A stretch of DNA of 12,280 nt from Paraspadella gotoi (lineage: Eukaryota; Animalia; Chaetognatha): NCBI GenBank assembly GCA_051294375.1, contig JBJCIZ010001647.1:1-12280 (forward strand), read 5' to 3'. A program made the translations under genes and the position numbers. Under the pieces are notes generated by a model that searched no databases, was not told the DNA's origin, and saw nothing but the letters and a program-made list of their open reading frames with translations. Position 1 is the first letter of the stretch. Each line of letters starts with the position of its first letter. Positions 8,722 to 12,280 of this stretch are shown here, piece by piece.

Positions 8722-8828
8722 ATATTCTTTGTTAAAAAAATTCTGACCAAATTTCACATAGAGCCGAAACATATTCGTTTCACACTAAAAAAAAATTGTT
8801 GCCAATTACCAAACTCTGTCCCTAATCT
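8207..8828. repeat. Inverted repeat pair 8207-8383 / 8727-8828 with inner (GA)n and (CT)n tracts
   Basis: The reverse complement of 8207-8383 aligns to 8727-8828 (CCAAATTTCAC, ACATAGAGC.GAAAC.T.TTCGTTTCA.ACTAAAAA, GTTGCCAATTA.CAAACT, TGTCCCTAATCT), with two deletions in the right copy. Confidence 0.85.
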
Positions 8829-9235
8829 TATATTATACTGTTAATAATAATGTTAATCTTAAATTGTAATGTTAATATAAATCTCAAATTAAAATCGTAA
8901 TATAAATTTTAATTTAACAAATTCATTATAGGAATTCGTAATTGAGTAATTTTTTAAACTAAGATTTATCAGCAAATTAAAATTATTATAGTGCTATAAC
9001 ATGAAAAATATTTTAATTAAATTATTAGATACTGTTAGATACTGAGAGAGCATAAAAAGTACAACAATGAAATGTGACAGCAACTTTTTGATAATAAAAA
9101 AAATCAAAATTTTAATTTCTATAAAATTGGCAAGAAATAATAAAATCATCAAATGCTAATTTTTTAAGGTTTTTAATGTCATTAGGTTTTTCCTAATTTT
9201 TTCCAACATCATCAAAATATTACAAAAATATTTTT

Positions 9236-9323
9236 GATTTCTGTAAAGAACTAAGAGCTAACTAACTAAGATTTTTTATTTCTGTAAAAATCTAAGAGCA
9301 AACTAACTAAAGAGCTAACTAAA
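9236..9323 (+). repeat. ~42 bp tandem duplication
   Basis: ATTTCTGTAAA...CTAAGAGC.AACTAACTAA twice, plus a partial third copy. Confidence 0.8.
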
Positions 9324-9644
9324 TCTGGTTTTAAAAGCCCAAAATTTAAGAAAACGTTTTATATTTATAAATAAATATTTTTTTTTCAATGTTAAAACAA
9401 ATTTGGTATTCTTCTGGTTTTAATATTAAAAATATTTTTACCATCATATACAACACTGTAAAAATATGTATCAAAGTGATAAAACCGCTTATTATGTATA
9501 TTTGTAATGTCCAAAAATCCTATATATAAACACAAATATACATAATAAATTTCTTCCTTCTCTCTCTCTCCTGGCTCTCTCTCTCTCTGCTCTCGTTTCT
9601 CTCTTCTCTCTTCTTCTCTCCCTCACTTCTCTCTTCTCTTTCTC

Positions 9645-9857
9645 TCCATAATAAAACATGGTCCCAACTCTGTCCGCGCCCGCACTCCCTTCTCTATCTT
9701 TTCGTCATCTCTCATTCATCTCAACGGTAAAGTGTTTTGTCGCGAATCGCCTACGATTCCTCGGCGCCAAAAAGATGTTCTTTGTGGAAAAAATGCAGAC
9801 ATTTCCGCATGATTTGGCGCTTTGAGCTCGGGCGAAAGTCTGTAGGCGTCGCGCCAG
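9645..9857 (-). CDS. SULT exon F (C-terminal PAPS-binding motif)
   Basis: ELKAPNHAEMSAFFPQRTSFWRRGIVGDSR, then HFTVEMNER and DEKIEK in shifted frames. Acceptor appears corrupted (ccccatg|ctgg); both ends approximate. Confidence 0.8.
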
Positions 9858-9916
9858 CATGGGGGGAAAAAAGAAAAGTTGAGGGAGAGAGAGAGAGAGA
9901 AAGAAAGAGAGAGTAG

Positions 9917-9956
<40 letters not shown>

Positions 9957-10718
9957 AAGAGAAGAGAGAGAGATATGTTGGACTGAACGATAAAAATCTT
10001 CATTTCTATCGAGATTCAAAAATTTCGATTAACTTCATTGTCTTCGATCCGTTGAGACGAAGATTTTCAAAGGTGACGTGAAGACATCGGGAGGCCACTG
10101 GTTGGGAAAGGAAAGGGAGGAGGGAGAAGAAAGGAAAGAGGGATAAAAAGAGAGAGAGATAAAAGGAAAAAGGTCAGAATGGAAAAGAAAAATGGGAAAC
10201 AAATGGGCATTAATAAAATGAGAGAGAAATAGTAGAAAATTGTATTAAAATTATAATTGATATATTTGTAGGCCAAGTAGTTTGTTTAAGAAGAAGAGAA
10301 CTAATGGGTCAATTGATGCTTTAAACCCTTTTGATTATCTTTGCAATTAATACAAGCATTTTAAACAACGCATCTTGCCTCCTCCTGCAAGCTTTCAATC
10401 AAGACTCTCTCACAGTTCTTTATTTATTATTAAGTGCATAATAATATAAAACTGTTTCAATTGGATGTAACGGAGCTTTGGACGCACTAGTAAAACATTA
10501 CAAACATTGATAAAAAAGCTCATCGTTCCAGCTCACCTTAATTCTTCAATGTATTCTCTTTCAAAACGAAATAGTTTCCGTATTCTGCGTCATCTGGTGA
10601 CTCAGATGAAGACGGAGAAAGTTAGCGAAGGAATCCGAGTAGAAATGGAATTTAAGGTTTGTGGAATGGTGGAATGAGAGACTAACATGTCCTTAGGGTT
10701 TCTGGAATATGAAGGTGG

Positions 10719-10798
<80 letters not shown>

Positions 10799-11218
10799 CA
10801 AAACATTTAAATAGTCCAGTCAACTAAAACAAATAAATATCAAATCAAATTGTTTAAAATGAAAACATTCCATACATCGATCAAAAAACTCAATCAATCT
10901 ATAATCAATCAATCAATTAATAAATTGATCAATCAATTCTTTATTAACCTTGATATCCTGATGACTCTACACTTTCCCTGCAGCACTCCTTCAGGCAGCA
11001 GCTTGAGCGGCAGATGCGTCAAAATGACCCGCGGCGATTCGTCGATAGAATCAAAATGCTGCTGCGGGCTGCGCTGATATTCGAGGAAGCGAAACATCTT
11101 CTGCTGCGGATGCAGCTTAATTTCGCCGGAGAGGAGCATCGTCAGAACCTGAGAGATGAAGAGGGGGAGAGAGAGTGTGAGCGAGAGGAAGGGAGGTTGA
11201 GAAAGAGGCGGAGAGAGA

Positions 11219-11284
<66 letters not shown>

Positions 11285-12194
11285 CGATAATAATAGTAAA
11301 ATTAAAAATTAGAATTCGCATTACTAACTAACTAACTGTTCTATGTAAATCAACCCACCTCGTGCAAAAAGTGATGTCCGCATTTCATGTGAGACACAAC
11401 AAAAAATATCATCAGATTTAACGCGAAATTTTTTGATTTCGTTCAAAATTCTGCGCCAGTTTGATTCCGATCTGAAAAGAAAAAGAAAGGGGAAAGAGGC
11501 CATATGTGATATAAAAGGGGAAGGGGCCATATTTGATATTAAAGGGGAAAAGGCCATGTTTGATATAGAAGGGGAAAGAGGCCATATTTGATATACAAGA
11601 GGAAGGAGACCATATTTTTTATAAATGGGGAATGCGGCCATATTCACTCTAAATGCCACATTTCATTTTTAATTTGATAAGTTTAAATATTAGGTAAGAG
11701 ATCAGAATTTAAGAGGTTAGGCTTACATTAGAGATTATATAAATAAACATTAAGGTTCATGACTTTGTGGTTAAGGTTAAGGTTAGGGTTAAAGATTAAG
11801 CTTTAAATTTATGGAGTTAGGGTTAAGGTTAGGATTGGTGATAGGGTAAATGATTAAGGATTATAGGTTTGGTAATAGATTGAATATTGATATCAAAGTT
11901 TAAATTACTAATGTAATAATTAAAGTAAAAGAAAGAAAAATAATTATAAAAAAAAGAAAAGTCGGGGAAGACTAATAATGTAGATAACAGCAAACTTGGA
12001 CCCTGTAAGGAAAGCATGCCCCGTACCTTTAAGGAAAGCATTGCCGTACCTGTAAGGAAAGCATTGCCGTACCTGTAAGGAAAAGCATGGCATCCGCACG
12101 CCGTCAATTTTTGTCGGGCTGTCAGCTGGCAGCCCGTCAGGACGTCGAAGGGCGCGGCGACGCAGGACCCAGCAGAGGAGACGAAATCCGCCGC
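9645..12194 (-). CDS. Cytosolic sulfotransferase (Sulfotransfer_1/SULT family), six exons visible, several frameshifts (sequencing error or pseudogene)
   Basis: Spliced, frame-corrected translation gives SULT motifs in the canonical order: F.V.SDDIFVVSHMKCGHHF (5'-PSB loop), SPRVILTHLP (catalytic His), RNPKDMLVS (3'-PB), YGNYF, LHVTFENL, FWRRGIVGDS..HFTVEMNE (RKGxxGDWK-type motif). Exons: 12194-12073, 11471-11359, 11148-10949, 10701-10537, 10097-~9984, ~9857-~9645. The first four introns have GT-AG ends. Confidence 0.9.
9884..9973 (+). repeat. (GA)n microsatellite in SULT intron
   Basis: GA run. Similar runs at 10718-10796 and 11211-11281 form the polypyrimidine side of the minus-strand introns. 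Confidence 0.95.
9984..10097 (-). CDS. SULT exon E
   Basis: aaccag| acceptor. RCLHVTFENLRLNGSKTMKLI, then FLNLDRNEDFYRS after a shift, resembling the SULT 'L.YED.K......IA.FL' segment. Donor weak and uncertain. Confidence 0.75.
10537..10701 (-). CDS. SULT exon D (3'-PB motif)
   Basis: ttccag| acceptor, aag|gtgagc donor. RNPKDMLVSH, then HHSTNLKFHFYSDSFANFLRLHL, EYGNYF and FEREYIEEL in shifted frames (about three indels). Confidence 0.85.
10949..11148 (-). CDS. SULT exon C (catalytic His), intact
   Basis: tctcag| acceptor, aag|gttaat donor. 200 nt open: VLTMLLSGEIKLHPQQKMFRFLEYQRSPQQHFDSIDESPRVILTHLPLKLLPEGVLQGKCRVIRIS-R. Confidence 0.92.
11359..11471 (-). CDS. SULT exon B (5'-PSB loop)
   Basis: tttcag| acceptor, gag|gtgggt donor. 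Reads SESNWRRILNEIKKFRVKSDDIF-VVSHMKCGHHFLHE if one T is removed from the T6 run at 11401-11406. Confidence 0.85.
11484..11643 (+). repeat. ~28-30 bp minisatellite in SULT intron, 5-6 units
   Basis: Repeated AAGGGGAAAGAGGCCATATTTGATATA. Confidence 0.92.
11769..11860 (+). repeat. Degenerate telomere-like TTAGGG/TTAAGG repeats (intronic)
   Basis: GGTTAAGGTTAAGGTTAGGGTTAAAG...GTTAGGGTTAAGGTTAGGA. Confidence 0.75.
12000..12090 (-). repeat. 23-bp tandem repeat (4 copies) spanning the SULT exon A splice donor
   Basis: Minus strand: ATGCTTTTCCTTACAG|GTACGGCAATGCTTTCCTTACAG|GTACGGCAATGCTTTCCTTAAAG|GTACGGGGCATGCTTTCCTTACAG|GGTCC. Confidence 0.95.
12073..12194 (-). CDS. SULT exon A (N-terminal region)
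   Basis: atttag| acceptor and cag|gtacgg donor. Ends ...FPY-R in phase 2, matching exon B. The internal frame is ambiguous (IDGVRMPCF lies in a neighbouring frame). Confidence 0.65.
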
Positions 12195-12280
12195 CTAAAT
12201 TGAGATAATAAATATATATATATACATAGTTATATGTCAAATTTGATAAAACTTTATACATTTCTTAGAAAAACTTTCTA

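Noticed and set aside
6497-11331. LSLSLS/ERERER-type ORFs (6497-6694, 8137-8475, 10067-10276, 11014-11331 and similar)
   Set aside because: Read-through of (CT/GA)n microsatellites or antisense to SULT exons.
9645-12194. Programmed frameshifting or insertion/deletion RNA editing restoring the SULT frame
   Set aside because: No consistent slippery motif; sequencing error or decay is far more parsimonious.

Overview
AT-rich eukaryotic genomic DNA, probably from an invertebrate animal (GT-AG introns, many (GA/CT)n microsatellites). Coding segments carry many 1-nt indels, often in homopolymers, so the sequence may be poorly polished, or the genes may be decayed. Three zones are visible. (1) ~1-4310 is a compact, nearly intron-free cluster of unrecognisable, frameshifted ORFs with short TATA promoters, twin GC-GAA-GC hairpins and a ~41-44 bp CRE/GT-box/ETS repeat array overlapping a ~75 bp inverted repeat. 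Its architecture suggests an endogenous DNA virus or large mobile element, but no hallmark gene is visible. (2) 4491-5461 is a non-autonomous foldback (Mutator/Phantom-like) transposon with an 11-bp target-site duplication, followed by repeat-rich DNA to ~9600. (3) ~9645-12194 (minus strand) holds six exons of a cytosolic sulfotransferase (SULT) gene with a deviant PAPS-binding loop and a tandemly multiplied splice donor; its start codon is not identifiable and probably lies beyond the window.
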